Source: the human T2T-CHM13v2.0 reference genome, Homo sapiens. Taken from it: a stretch of DNA of 64,000 nt. Position 1 is the stretch's first letter, and every line of letters begins with the position of its first letter. Shown here piece by piece: positions 41,960-57,005 of the stretch. The notes below the pieces were generated by a model. That model did no database searches and was not told where the DNA came from. It was given only the letters and a program-made list of their open reading frames with translations. The position numbers and the translations under genes were made by a program. The DNA is taken from assembly GCF_009914755.1 (NCBI RefSeq), contig NC_060937.1; one strand, written 5' to 3'.

Positions 41960-44684
41960 GAATATATCATTACCCCTGTTTAATAGGTGAAGGAAACCAA
42001 AGCTTGCACAAGCAGGCCTATGCTCATAAATCTACTCAAGTGGTAGATCCAGGGACAAACATCCAGGTTGAGCCCTGAGCCAGTGCTCCTAACCCCTCTT
42101 CTCCAATGCCTCCCAAATCCCCAAGTGTTCACTGTCCCATCTCTGGGCTTACTTTCCATAGCCACACACACACTGAACCCTGTGTGTAAATGGGAAGGAG
42201 GAATGGGGTAGAAGATCAAGCCAGATTTCCAGTCACCATTTGTCTAAGAATGACACTGCTTTAGCCACAGGGAAGTCTCCCACTGCTGCCTGTGACTAAC
42301 GACAAGGGATGGGCTCTTGGAAACCCTGCAAATCCCTTTCCTGGGGGCCGGTGAGTGAGAACCCCAGTTGTGAGCGCTGGCACACAAAAAGCTTCTGTCC
42401 AAAGAGAGCACATGGAGGTATAAAGATGAGAAATGGGTTATTATCAGAAGCTTAGCCAAGGAAAGCATATCTTATTCAAACACTAAAATATAAAACAGAA
42501 ATATGATAATTTGACAACCTATCAAAAATATTTTAACAAATCACAATAAGGCTATTTCTTGGCTGAAAACATCCTGCAGAAGAGAGTATACTTCGGGTTT
42601 CCTTAAAATGTTTTTCAAAATGGTGCCTTGATTCTCATTCTTCTTTTTTAATTCATGTGACAGAAAACACAAAAGACATGTACAATGCGTTATGCACCAA
42701 AATACTTGCTCCTTAGCTCAGAGCAAAAATTCACAAGCTAACTTCAGTCATGAGTGACTTGTCACTTTTTATCTTCCTGGGGTCCTAGGCAATCATTGGG
42801 AGAAAAAAAATAAAGTTGTTTCAAACAATGAAAATTTGGGGAAGATTTTGCAATTTCTACGTGACAGTTTTCTGGGAAATTACATCTGATTGAAAGCAAC
42901 ACCTTTCTAACCCCAGTAGTTAAGGGCATCTTAATTCTACCATTTCACTTCTTTAGGACTCAGTTTTCCTTATCTGTAAAATGGGGGAAAATTATGAGGA
43001 GGGGGAGGTAACACCTTGAACATTTATTTTTATTTCTGTAACAGTGACTTTATGAAAACAAAGTAGACCATCATTACATTAGGATGCACAGTGTTGTGGG
43101 AGAGATTTGCAAAACTTCCACTGGAATTGCAGGGCAGATGATACTGTGTGTTTGAAGTCTCACAGGCAACACACCTTGGCATCATGAAGTAGAATGCCAT
43201 CCCCAGCCACCTCCAAGCCTTCCCCTGACATCTGTACAGATCTTTGATTCCTGTTAGAGCCCTAACTCACAGTTTCCTTCCCGGCAGGCTTGTAGAGCGA
43301 TTTACACTGGCCGTGGGAAATCACGTCTTTTCTACCGATTGCACTCATTGTGCGATCCTCTCAGGGATTCTGGGTGAGCTGATATGAGGGACATTTGTGA
43401 TGGGATTGAAAGCCAAGCCGTGCATAGACAGAGTTAGCTGGAGAAGAGACTCCTGCAATACACTATCTCCTGCAAAAACTGGAGCAGATTTGGGGGTTGC
43501 ATTCCTGTCTGAATGGAGACAACGATGGAACCAAGTTGCCCGATTCTGTGCAGATCATATGAGGAACTACATTGTTTGTCATGCTAATTAATACACAGCT
43601 TCTACACTGGATCCCATGACCTCAGGGGAGGGGCTGACTGGGTGGGGAACTAGTGGGGTGTGAGTAACCAAATTCCCTTGGAAGAAAGGAAGAGTGAGCT
43701 TGTGGGTTGAGAAGGGTCCCAGCGAATGTACCTTCTCATATGGCTGTGAGAAATAGTAATTCATTATTTTTTAATCATTACCTAAGGCCAAAACGTATAA
43801 AGAAGGGGTATGGCCAAGCTTTAACTCAAATGGGGTCCTGAAATAGGAGCCTGCTGTAGAGGAAGGGCCATAAGCTTTGGAACCAGAGAGTGATTGGTCT
43901 GGAGCCAGGCTCTGCACTGGTGAGTGGTGGCCTAGGCAGGTCACTTGTTTTGAAACTTAGCCTTTCTCTCAGGGCCAGTGTGAACAAAGCCACCTGCACC
44001 TCTTGGGGATGGTGTGACCATCAGAGCAACGCACACCAATTCCCCGGTGTGTGGCAGACAGTGGCATGTTATGTTTGCATATGATGACAGAAGATGTTCT
44101 ATAGGAGATCACTCAGGAGAAGCACATGCAGAGAAAGCAAACTATTTGAGGGAAAATATCTCCCTCCTTAGTTTTGATATACTAATATCATAAAATTACC
44201 CAAGACAGTGCAGAGCTCAGGTAGAGAAATCTTACAAAGCAGTGATGAGTTCCCTGGGGCTTCTACTTCAGCTTCTCTCCTGTGTAAGTTCTATTGCAGA
44301 AATTGTTTCAGTTCTAACATAACAATATTTAGGAGGAAGAGTTAAACCTCTCTCCCCACGAGTGCCCTTAACCAACACATCAAGAGCACAAGCACCAACA
44401 GACTCCCAACTACCTTCATTCATTTCTACTTAACTTTTTTTTTAAAAGTTTGGATAAGAAATAATTCCTCTTCTTACATATTTCTAAGGGTCTTAAGTAA
44501 ATCAGGAGCCCCACACCAACAGTAAAGTAGGATGTCAGACATATTTTTAAAAAGTAGTAAAATCTACATTTGTTGAACTGGATAGTGAAAGAAGGACTTT
44601 CTACAAATTTATATAGACTCTGTGTAGTTTGCCCTGCCACAGTGAGCTAACTGAAGCCTCTTATACAGATAAATAAGAAAAGTA

Positions 44685-44905
44685 CCAGCCTGGGCAACAC
44701 AGCAAGACTCCTTCTCTTAAAAAAGAAAAAAAAAATTAGCCACGCGTGGTGGTACATGCCTGTAGTCCCGACTACTAAGGTGGCTGAGGCAGGAGGATTG
44801 CTTAAGCACAGGGGTTCAAGCCTGCAGTGAGCTATGACTGCACCACTGCACTCCAGCCTGGGAGAGAGAATGAGACTCTGTCTCTAAAACTAAAAAAGAA
44901 AAAAC
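44685..44905 (+). mobile_element. 5'-truncated AluJ-like element
   Basis: End of the left arm plus the right arm, with J-type gaggattgctt...gctatgactgcacc. Confidence 0.85.
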
Positions 44906-44934
44906 AAAGGAAACAAGATTTTACAATGTAATAA

Positions 44935-45090
44935 AGAGTGGGAAGCAGGTGAGAGACGAAATACTACCTGTCAGGTACAATGTGCACTATTTAGGGGATG
45001 GCTACCAGACTTCCCCACTACGCCATATAACCATGGAACACAACTGTACGTGTACTCCTAAATCCATACAAATAAAAACTTTTTAAAAAT
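44935..45090 (+). mobile_element. Short old L1P 3' end
   Basis: gaaatactacctgtcaggtacaatgtgcactatt...aaatccatacaaataaaa. Confidence 0.65.
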
Positions 45091-45099
45091 CCAATCCAA

Positions 45100-45445
<346 letters not shown>

Positions 45446-46647
45446 TCAATTGAAAAGCCTCAGTACTAATGAAAATAAGCATATCATGCCTTGATATAGC
45501 ACATTTCTTCAAGTCCTAGATACTCTGATGGCAGATACTACTTATCCCTAGCTTGCAAACAAGAAAATTAAAGCATGAAACTGCGTAGATTTTTGTCTTG
45601 ACACACTAGAGGACAGACTTGAATCCAGGTCTTTACTACTGATTTTGATACCACAGCAAACCAAACACCCTGTGAATTTCACAAACACTACTGCCACGTT
45701 GTATGGTAATGAAAAGGGTGGCCTTAAAAGTGTGGCTATGTTCCCCTTTGGCGTTGTGATCATGGGCAACTTTCTTGCCTTTCTCTTGAGTATGTTTCCT
45801 CATCAGTAAAGAAGGAATAAAATCCATATCATAGAGCTCTATGTTGTAAGGATTATAAGGATTTATGTGTGTGTGTGTGTATGTGTGTATAAAACATACA
45901 GACATATACATACATATGTGTGTATCAAACCTTATATATAATCATTCATTTTTAATAGAATATATAAGCCATTTATAACAGATTTCTACTAACTTCTACT
46001 AACTTTTCAGCTTAGGATATATATTGTTTTCACTATTTATGCTCATATAGCAACTTTTTCATCACTAAAAATTTAGAGAATATGAACGTATCATAAGATT
46101 GCTGATATGCACCATCAATACGGTGGTACAGGTGGCCAACTCACTTAAAAGAAACAATTCTTTAAAAATATTTTCCCCTTCATCCTTTTTCTGGGACATC
46201 AGGAAAGAAGAACCTCATCCATTTTCCTCAGGTCTTTTTAAAATACCATCACTTCCACTGAAAAAACAGTAAAGCCATCTGGAATAGCTGACAGACAGCA
46301 GTATGGAAGCAATTTCTTTCAAGACAGCTATCATGATTTTCCTTTCCGTTTTCTTTCTCTCTTGAAATGTCAAGGATAACTGCAACTTTTTACTTTTCCA
46401 TCTGTGATGTACTGATCAGTCCCAAACAAGTTTTGAAAGTACTTGAGAATTCTGTTTCCAGTAAGTTCAATACTTTTTTTCCACTTTGACTCAATTTAAA
46501 TCACATCTGTCTTTAGTGTTTTTTAATATTAAAAGATATAAAAACGTACCTTGAAATATGGTTATAAAGTATTTTACAAAGGAAGAAGTATTTAAAATAC
46601 TACCACAAGCGGTCACAATGACTCATATCTTTTCAAATAGATTATCA

Positions 46648-47031
<384 letters not shown>

Positions 47032-47237
47032 TTATAGAACTAGCAGAAGGTAGAATCAGGAATACTCATTTTCAGCCTGATCTTTTAATTATCTCAATAT
47101 GAATTTTCCACAAACAAAAACCTGAATACCAGTTGTATACCCAGGAATCAAAGCACGAGATACATTTTAAGGTATTTTTTATGTAGTTATATATAATATA
47201 TAATAAAGATATATGTGTAAAATATATTTATAAGATA

Positions 47238-47571
47238 CAATCGGCCCTCTGTATCCATGAGTTCTGAATCCATGGATTCAACCAGCTGTGGATCAAAAAT
47301 ATTTTGAAAAAATTTACGTTCACACTGAACACGCAAACTTCTTTTCCTTGTTATTAGTCCCTAAACAATATACTATAACAACTACTTACATTGCATTTAT
47401 ATTATATTAGGTATTACAAGTAATCTGGAGGTGATTTAATGTATACAGGAAATGTGCATAGGTTATATGCAAATACGGTGCCATTTTACATGAGGGACTT
47501 GAACAACTGCAGATTTTGGTATCTAAGAAAGGTCCTGGAACCAATCCCCCAAGGACAATAAGGAATGACTG
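47238..47571. mobile_element. MER2 (TcMar-Tigger) element
   Basis: TA flanks on both sides; caatcggccctctgtatcc...ggaatgactg. Confidence 0.82.
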
Positions 47572-48069
47572 TATATTTTAAAATATATTTGGCAGAGAAA
47601 ACAGTACTGATTAATGTCTGTTTCATGCACTGAGCTGGTGGGCTTTGACTCTGTGTCAAGCATGGGACTTCTCACTGTGGAAACATTCAAAACACGGAAG
47701 AAGTGGTCTTTTTACTCTGGCATCTGAGAGGAAGAATAATGCAGAAACAACCCAAAGACAAGGCTATATTTGTGTCATGTTAGCAGCAAAACCAACAGAT
47801 ACCAGATAAGTCAGTTCATTTTAGGCTGGACCTGAGGGGAAGGAGGCTGTTAGGGGATGAGTACATTCTGAGAAGTAGACGTGGTCATCTCAGGTGAAGA
47901 GAACAGGCTGGGAGATGGGGAGGCACAAAATGAAAACAAGAGCAAGTTAGAATTCAGGGAGTAGAGGACAGTGGTGGCTAAATGGTGAGGATGGGGTCAA
48001 TGACCCTCGCAGAAGGTCATTAATTCTGGGCCAAGGAAGTTGGCCTTTACGTAGTAGCCAAAAGGAACC

Positions 48070-48808
48070 TGTAATGTTTGCTAAGACTGCAATCACAAAA
48101 CACCACAGACTGGGTGGCTCAAACATTCATTCATTCATTTATTCATTCATATATTTATTTATTCTCGTTCTAGAGACTCAGAAGGCCTAGATCAAGGTGT
48201 GGGCAGTTTGGTTTCTTGTGAGGCCTCTCTTCTTGGCTTGCAAATAGCCATTTTTCACGGTATCCTCACACGGTCTTTCCTCTCTAAGCAGACATCCCTA
48301 ATGTCTCTTTGTAAGTCCAAATTTCCTTTCCTTTTTTCTTTCATAGAGATGGAGTCTCCCTGTGTCATCCAGGCTGGAGTATAGTGGCCTGATCCTAGCT
48401 CACTGCAGCCTTGAACTACTTGGGCTAAAGCAATCCTCTGGCCTCGCCTCCCATATAGCTGGGACTACAGGCATACGCCACCACACCCAGCTAGTTTTTT
48501 ATGTGTTGTAGAGATGGGGTCTTGCTAAGTTGCCCAGGCTGGTCTCAAACTCCTGGCCTCAAGCAATCCTCCTGCCGGAGCCTCCTAAATTGTTGGGATT
48601 ACAGGTGTGAACCACTGCACCGAGCCCCAAATTTCCTCTTGCGATAAAGACACCAATCAGATTAGATTAGGATCCACCTTAATGGCCTAATTTTAACTTA
48701 ATCACTTCTTCAAGGCCTATTTATGCATAGTCACATTCTGAGGTACTGGGGAGTAGGGCTTCAACATTTGAACTTGTGGGGGGCAAGTTCAAACCTCAGC
48801 CCATAACA
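48070..48808 (-). mobile_element. MLT1A/B-like MaLR LTR interrupted by an AluJ-like element (48329-48626, minus)
   Basis: caccacagactgggtggct...gtcacattctgaggtactggg...cagcccataaca. Alu TSD CCAAATTTCCT. Confidence 0.8.
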
Positions 48809-50707
48809 GAGGTTTGTGGTTGAATCCTCAAATGTAATAGTTGAAAGGCAGCCTCAAGATGATCTAATCTAGTGCTTCTCAAACTTTGCCATGAAAATAT
48901 TCCTAAAATCAAAGAGTAGTGAACTCATACCTTAAGTCAGTACTTCTCTGAAACAGGTTTTCCTTGTACCTACTGAAAAATTGTTGTGAAGTTCTCCATT
49001 CTACTCCATGGGTAGCCTTGTTTCTCATATAAAAATGCTTTCCTCAAAATGATGGAGTAAAATTGATGCTCTTAGAAGATATTTTGGGTTTATCTCGTGG
49101 CTTCACATATCTGGAGCCATTTCCCTTTAAGTACATGGATAGCTCAGTTTTAGAAGAATGAATCTAGGCTGCAGCTCAAAGAGATTAGGTGGCATGCTCA
49201 AAGTCACAGTTAGTAAAAGAATCAGAAATGGAATGAAATCTTTTGTTGCTCGGTCCAAAGCATTTTCTGCAGCACCACGCTGTCACACAGAAAAGAAGAA
49301 AGTACTTGATCTGCCTGGCACAGACTATATCACATTCAAAAAGTTCTGAGGTCACCCAGCGCTACCCTAAGCGTGAGACACCGGCTTCCCCAATTGGCCC
49401 CATGGACTCCCCACTGCTCCTTCCCACGGGGCTCCAAACAGAAGTGTCCAGAGGTGTGAAAGAGGTGGATCAGACCAGCTTCCTCCAGGGAAACTATCAT
49501 CAGCTGCAAATTCCTAGCTTATTTATGAAGGGAGAACAGTGTCTCAGATAAATGCCTCCTTTTTTCAGCAGAATGAGCAGCTGCTAATCAAAGGTTGTCA
49601 AGCACAATTTATACTACCCAGGGCTTCAAGGGAGGCATAAAAAGAAAGATCACAACATCATGTTTATCTCCCTTTCATTGCTGTTTCTGGCAATAGTATT
49701 ACAGTCAGGCAGGCTGAGTAAAAACAATTTTCTAAAAATATGGATCAGCTGAGACCATTTAAAGCCGCTTTTTATGGAGTTATCGTTAGGACTTTTCCCC
49801 TTGGGCTGCTTTGTGTACTATTTCCCAGAGCCTCCTCTTCCAGGATCTAGTTATCTAAAAAATATAATTCTTTCTCCTTGCCAGGGAGATCACAGCCTCC
49901 CAAAGACTGATAAGGACGTCTGCATTCCTCCCCGGAGCCTGGGCAAACTATTCCCAAGAGTTCCATCACTCCGGGCGGGAGGTGCCGTGGACCTCAGTCA
50001 GGGTTTCTGCTGTGGAGTCATTGGTTTTGTGGGTGGACCCTGTGCTGCTCAGCAGGTAGGACTGGCTGTGACTCCCTCTGTTTCAGTCTTTACAAGAATG
50101 AATTTCCCACTTTCCCAGTCTTTATGAAAGGAGGAAGTCACATTCTAGAAGGTGAGCTGTATGCTACCATTCTCCATGGACGTTAACATTTAGAAGGGAA
50201 AAATCAGCCCTCAGTCTGTGGTAGGCTTTTCACCCAACTCTGAATGGCTGCTGGTGGCAAAGCAAAGGTGACAGTGGAGGAAGTTTGCTTTCAGTATAGA
50301 TTCTATTTCCTTTACATTAAAACCAACAAAGGAAATGCGATTGCTTTCTAACAAGCCTTATAAACAGACTATTTTCACAATTTGTGTGCCTTAAAGCTGC
50401 CTGCTATGAAGGCATAGGGTTTTACTTCAGAAAGGAAACCAATGGAACATCTAGTTTTGCAGCTTTTTCTGCTGTGACCCTTGAACCTCTGCAGGGTGTT
50501 GGGGGTGTCTCTGTGGTGTCTAAAGAACATGTGCCCAGGTGGGATGGAGCAAGGTGAGCTTGGGGGATGCAGAGCAGAGATGTTGCCCTCCACTGCTGCC
50601 CCCACCAGGATGGGGCTGCTCTACCTGCTTTCTGATGGGGCTGCACCTGATATTGTATATAAGGGCAAGGTTCAGCTCCTCCATAATTTTGAAAACTATC
50701 CTAACCT

Positions 50708-51473
50708 GGTGTTATTGGCTAAACCGCATCGCCCTATCTCCAAAACAGAGGTATATTGAGGTCCTAACCCCCAGTACCTCAGAATGTGAACTTATTTGGA
50801 AATAAGGTTGTTGCAGATGTAATTAGGTAAGATGAGATCATACTGGAGTAGGGTAGGTCACTACTCTGATGTGACTGGTGTCCTTATAAGAAGACAGCCA
50901 GGCTGGGTGCAGTGGCTCACACCTGTAATCCCAACACTTTAGGAGGCCAAGGCAGGAGGATTGCTTGAGCCCAGGAGTTCAAGACCGGCCCGGGCAACAT
51001 GGCAAGACACCATCTCTCCAAAAAACAAAAATTAGCCAGTGTGGTGGTGTGTGCCTGTGGTCCCAGCTACTTGGGAGGCTGAGGTGGTGGGAGGATCACT
51101 TGAGCCAGATAAGTCAAGGCTGCAGTAAACTGTGATCATGCCACTGCACTTTAACCTGGGTGACAGAATGAGACACTGTCTCAAAAAGAAAAAAAGACAG
51201 GAAGACAGGCAGGTGAAGACACACACACACATACATACACACACACAGGGGCAGAGTTTGGAGTCACGCTGCTTTAAGTCAAGGAATGCCTAGGGGAACC
51301 AGAAGCTAGGAAGAGGCAAGGAGAAACTTCTCTAGAACCTTCAGAGGGAGCATGGCCCTGCCAACAACTTTATTTCAGACTTGTAGCCTCAGAACTGAGA
51401 GAGAATAGATTTCTGTTGTTTTAAGCCTCATGATTGGTGGTCCTTCCTTATACCAGCCCTAGGAAACTAAAAC
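50708..51473 (+). mobile_element. MLT1B/C-like MaLR LTR interrupted by an AluJ-like element (50901-51195, plus)
   Basis: gtcctaacccccagtacctcagaatgtga...cagccctaggaaactaaaaca. Confidence 0.82.
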
Positions 51474-52293
51474 ACCTAGTTAAAAATATATTCTTCTCTC
51501 ATTTAATTTGTTTTACCCTCTTAGGCAATAAGTTAATAAAGTAAATTGAAAAAAAAAAGTAGATTTTCTTAATTTACTAACTTCTGTTTCCCACCCCATC
51601 CTCAAATGTCTTAAGAAAATGGCCCCAAGAAGAGACATAGATAGAGGCTCTGGTTTCTCCAAGCACAACATCACGGCTCACATGCCCTAGACTCAGATGC
51701 CACACATAACACCATCAATCTCTGTCTTACCACTGTGTCAAAGAAGGGAGGTCGATCCAGGATCCTCACTGCTATAACCTGGAGGAAGCATAACTTACAC
51801 GTCAGACATAGTTAACCATGCATGCCTGACATGTGAGATGCAAGCTGCATGATCATAATTTATATTTAAATAGCTTCTTTCTCCAAAGAGCTTGAAGAAA
51901 TTTACCGACTTTTACTTAATTAATTCTTGTAAGTCATCCGTGACGAAGGTAAAGTAAGGTCATATATCCCTCTTTCCTCTGGCATCTCAGGGTTTGGCTA
52001 CTTGTTCTCCACTTTTTGTTTTTAGAATTGTGGAGTTTCTCCTCTCCAAATGCACAGACTGTTATTCTGAAGCCAATGTTTGTATTTCCATATAAACTCT
52101 ATTTCTGGGAGCTTCGGAAAGAAGCTCTTTGGAAAGAAACTTGTTCCGGGAGCCACGGAAAGAAAATAATTTCCGTTGTCTTCCTTTTGTTGGAAAGGGG
52201 GGGTTACTCAGAAAGGCCCAATCTATTCTGAAATTACCATTTATTTAGAGCCGTAACTAATGAATTATTTTGAGATCTAGGAAAGTCAGACTT

Positions 52294-52330
52294 TGTGTGT
52301 GTGTGTGTGTGTGTTTGTGTGCATTTGTGT
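52294..52330. repeat. (TG)n microsatellite
   Basis: Read directly from the sequence. Confidence 0.9.
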
Positions 52331-53031
52331 AGAGAGAGACAGAAGCAGTAACTCTGCTGAACAGCATTAGAATGACATAGTGTTTTAGGGTGGAGGCAGC
52401 ATCTCAGCCAAACTTTTGTTCACCACACACATCTTTAGTGACACTTTTGGCCAGTCTTCAGGGTGTGTTCCGTGGGCCCTCCTCCGAGGACTGCACGGCT
52501 GGGACACATGGAGACAACATCATCAAGGAAAGAGAAGAAGGAAGGACTTCGGAGGCAAACTCCATTTCAACCAGGGCTGCTTCTCTTTGCCTGTTTTCCT
52601 ACTGAGTTTCTGAATAAGCTCAATGAAACAAAATTTTAAAAAATTGTAAAATCTCCTAAGGAACTTCCTGGATGTTACATGAAGATTTAAGAAAGAATAG
52701 TAAATTTCTTTGAGCTCTTTGAAGAACAAAGTTATTAAACATTCTGGCATTGAGTTCTCTGGACCTGACTTGAGAGGATCTTCCTTTAATTTACCAAATA
52801 GTAAGAAAGATGTATTTCCAGAAACCTGTATTTCTCAACTCCCTAAAGGGTAAAGCCTTTCTGCAAAGGGCAGAGCAATGGTAAGCTGCTTCAGTCTTCA
52901 CTAGCCCAAACTTGAGGTGACTCTGCAGAAGTGATACATTTTACCAGCCTTGGAAGCTTTGTTGGCACTAGTTTGCCTTCTTGGATATTGTAAATTTACT
53001 GGATTTAACCAAGTGCCACCAGCCTCTAAAA

Positions 53032-53371
53032 CAGGGGTCCCCATCCCCTGGGCCACAGACCGCTACCAGTCCCTGGCCTGTTAGGAACAGGGCCGCAGAG
53101 CAGGTGGGGAGCGGTGGGCAAGTGAGCATTACTGCCTGAGCTCCGCATCCTGTCAGATCAACAGTGGCATTAGATTCTCATAGAAGCACAAACCCTATTG
53201 TGAACTGTGCATGCAAAGGATCTACGTTGTGCACTCCTTGTGAGAATCTAATGCCTAATGATCTGAGATGGAACAATTTCATCCCCAAATCATCCTCACT
53301 ACACCCTCCTGTCCATGGAAAAATTGTCTCCACAAAACAGGTCCCTGGTGCCAGAAAGTTAGGGTTTGCTG
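53032..53371 (+). mobile_element. MER1B hAT-Charlie element
   Basis: 340 bp, caggggtcccc start. 8-bp TSD CTCTAAAA / CTCTAGAA. Confidence 0.88.
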
Positions 53372-54198
53372 CTCTAGAACAGCAGAGTACGTTTCATAAT
53401 CATTCGACACAAGTGTGGCCAACCTACCCTACAACTCCAAGTCTTTCCTAGTGCCTTCCTAGTGCCACTGATTAGTGCAGGAATTCAAGTTTTAAAAATC
53501 CTATGGTTATCCAGACACCATAAAAGGGGCTTTCAAAGTTTCAACATACATGTTTGTAAGCCAAAAGAGCATAGGGTCAATCTGGTTTATTCTGCTGGCT
53601 TCTATTAAAATATATAACCATATTTCTATAGTACTTACAGCTATCTTGTTGAGAAAACACAGACACCACAGTCTAAAGTGGTTTTACATATTCATTTCTG
53701 TTTAAAATGGTCTGAAGAATTCAGGGAAAACTAAATTTAGCCTCTTTACACAGAAGAATATTAAAACAGAAGGCTCTAAACCAGCAAGAAAAGTATTTTA
53801 ATTAGCATTTATTAGAGGAGGAAAATGATAAGTAGGAAAGAGACAAACTTGGAAGCAAGAGTTGAACAAGCTCTTTCTAAACTCCTATGACAACACTTAT
53901 GTAGGTGTATCTTAATTGGAAATTTAGGATAGCAGAATTGGCAAATCGGGACAAGAATTATGAACTCTTTTTAGTGGAAGAGGGAGAAGCATGGGACTTG
54001 AAAGGATAGCGTCCTATAAAGATCACGCTGTGGAAAGCAAAGAAATTCACTGAGAAGCCAAAATGTTATGACTAATATTGCCTCTTACATTTGTGGTAAG
54101 ATAAATTCTGGCATCATCGGCACCTGAAAGGAGCTGAAGGGGATCCAAGATCAGAAAACTCTGACTGCCAGGGTTAAATAAGAAAATTCATAAAACTA

Positions 54199-54500
54199 GG
54201 CCAGGTGCAGTGGCTCACGCCTGTAATCCCAGCACTTTGGGAGACCGAGGCAGGTGGATCACCTGAGGTTGGGAGTTCGAGGCCAGCCTGACCAATATGG
54301 AGAAACCCCGTCTCTACTAAAAACACAAAGTTAGCCAGACCTGGTGGCACATGCCTGTTATCCCAGCTACTCAGGAGGCTGACACAGGAGAATTGCTCGA
54401 ACCCAGGAGGTGGAGATTGCGGTGAGCCAAGATCGCACCATTGCACTCCAGCCTGGGCAACAAGAGCAAAACTCTGTCTCAAAACAAAAACAAAAAAGAA
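54199..54500 (+). mobile_element. AluSp-like element
   Basis: Sp-type gggagttc and ctgaccaatatggagaaacc. TSD core AAGAAAATTCATA. Confidence 0.92.
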
Positions 54501-54888
54501 AAGAAAATTCATACAACCAAATTTGATCCAAGAAAGCAGGCCTAAGTAAGGTGAAAATTATTAATAGCCAAATTTAAAATGAAGGGTGGCAATAATGTGC
54601 ACCTCAGCATACCTTCACTGCAAATTGGTATTTGCTGTTGATACTAACTTGGAAAAAACACTGACGTGAGTTCAATCAAAATCTAAGTCTCTAGAAAATA
54701 ATCAGGTGTTTGGTTTCACAGCCATACAAGCCCCATTTTCCATGTTCAATAGCCACATGTGGCTGGTGGCTTCCATACTAGTCAACACAGATGGGAGACA
54801 TTTTCATCATTTGCAGACAGTTCCACTGGACAGTGCTGTGTTAGACAGAATGGTTTTCAGACATTTCAGACTACTGTAAGAATGGCAA

Positions 54889-55283
<395 letters not shown>

Positions 55284-56354
55284 TTATCATTCCTTTTCAC
55301 TACTAAGTACCAGTTTCAACTATTTTCAAGCTTAATCACCAAAGAAATAAACAAAGAAGTATTATAGAAAATTATAATTGAAACCATAGAGCAAGCCATC
55401 CTATAATTAACATATAGAAAAGTGATTTGAACTATTCCTTTATAGAGCTTATGTGACATTAAATTCCAGTCTCATGACTATGTTGAGCGCAACTACAAAT
55501 ATCCATAGTAGACACACTGAGTAGTCTAAGTTCAACAATTACATAACCCCTGAAATCCTTTCACGTGGCTTTGGGTGGTGATTTTACAATGTCTTTTTTA
55601 ATTTTTAGAAATGCGCACACAGACACCAAAGTCATTTGCATGAACCTGTTACATAACAATGAAAGTAGAGGCTAGGCAGGAAGAAAACAAGTACAGTTTG
55701 TTCCTCCCTCTCTGTCTCTCTCCTTTAAAACTGAGAGTTCACTGTTTCCACTTAAGAGGGGAAATTCATCAGTTTCATGATGATACAGGTGAAGGAGACT
55801 TGGAGTCAACAGTGGGAAATGATGACCTCACTGTCTCATGCTGTCAGATTCAATAAGGTGTGGAGAGGGAGGCATCCTCCATTTGTGTCTGTTCTTTCCA
55901 GCAGTCATTACTAGGCTGGCACTGAAGCAGAAAGATAAGCAGCATGAGTATTTATGAGCTTTTTGGAGATACATATGCTCAGTGTTTTCCTTCTGAGTTG
56001 TTAAAATTCAGGTTTCACAAAAGTACCATGAGTTCTACCGCTTAATCATTCTCACACCTTTCCTAACTTGCCAATACTCCACTACCATAAGCAATTAGTC
56101 TACTTCTATCATTTTTATATCACTGTGAACAATTAACCAAAATGGCTAGGGCATGGGACTCAAGACTTTTATATATTTGAATTTCAAAAAGCCAATTAGC
56201 TGCTCCCCAGTAATGCCCTTAACCCTGTCATCTCAACAATAGGTGCCTTGGTCACGACAACCACTAGGAAGATAGGGAATGATCCAGGCCTGTGCTTTAC
56301 AAAATGAACAATGGGTTATTTAGATAACAGGTTTCTTAGTACTTTTAGACAGAT

Positions 56355-57005
56355 GTATACCGTCCGATATGGTAACCACTAACCACATGTGGATATTGAG
56401 CAACAGAAATGTGGCTAGTCCAACTTGAAATGTGTTGGAAAAGTAGAAAATACACACCAATTACAAAGACTCCATAAGAAAAAAAGAATGTAAAATACCT
56501 CATAATATTTTTGAACTGATTACAGGTTAGAACAACAATATTTTTGATATACTTATTTCTATAAAATGTAAGTTAATTTCATGTTTCTTTTGCTTTTTTA
56601 AAATTAATTAATTAATATTTTATTATTTTTTGAGTTGGGGTCTTGCTCTGTCACCCAGGCTGGAGTGCAGTGGCACAATCACGGCTCACTGTAACCTTGA
56701 ACTCCTGGGCCCAAGCAATCCTCCCACCTCAGCCTACTGAGTGGCTGGGACTATAGGCACGCACCACTATGCCTGGCTAGTATTTTTGCAATTTTTTTGT
56801 GGAGATAGGGATCTTGCTATGTGGGTCAAGCTGGTCTTGAACTCCTGGCCTGAAGTGATCCTCCAGTCCTGGCCTCCCACAGTGGTAGGATTATAGGCAT
56901 GAGCCACTGTGCCTGGCCCTTTTTGCTTTTTTAAATATAGAAATATAGCTCCAAGAAAATGTAAAATGGCATATGTAGTCCAAACTATATTTCTATTGAC
57001 AACAC
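56355..57005. mobile_element. MER33-like MITE split by an AluJ-like element (~56600-56918, minus)
   Basis: gtccgatatggtaaccactaaccacatgtgg...atatttctattgacaacac. Alu TSD TTTTGCTTTTTTAAA. Confidence 0.78.
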
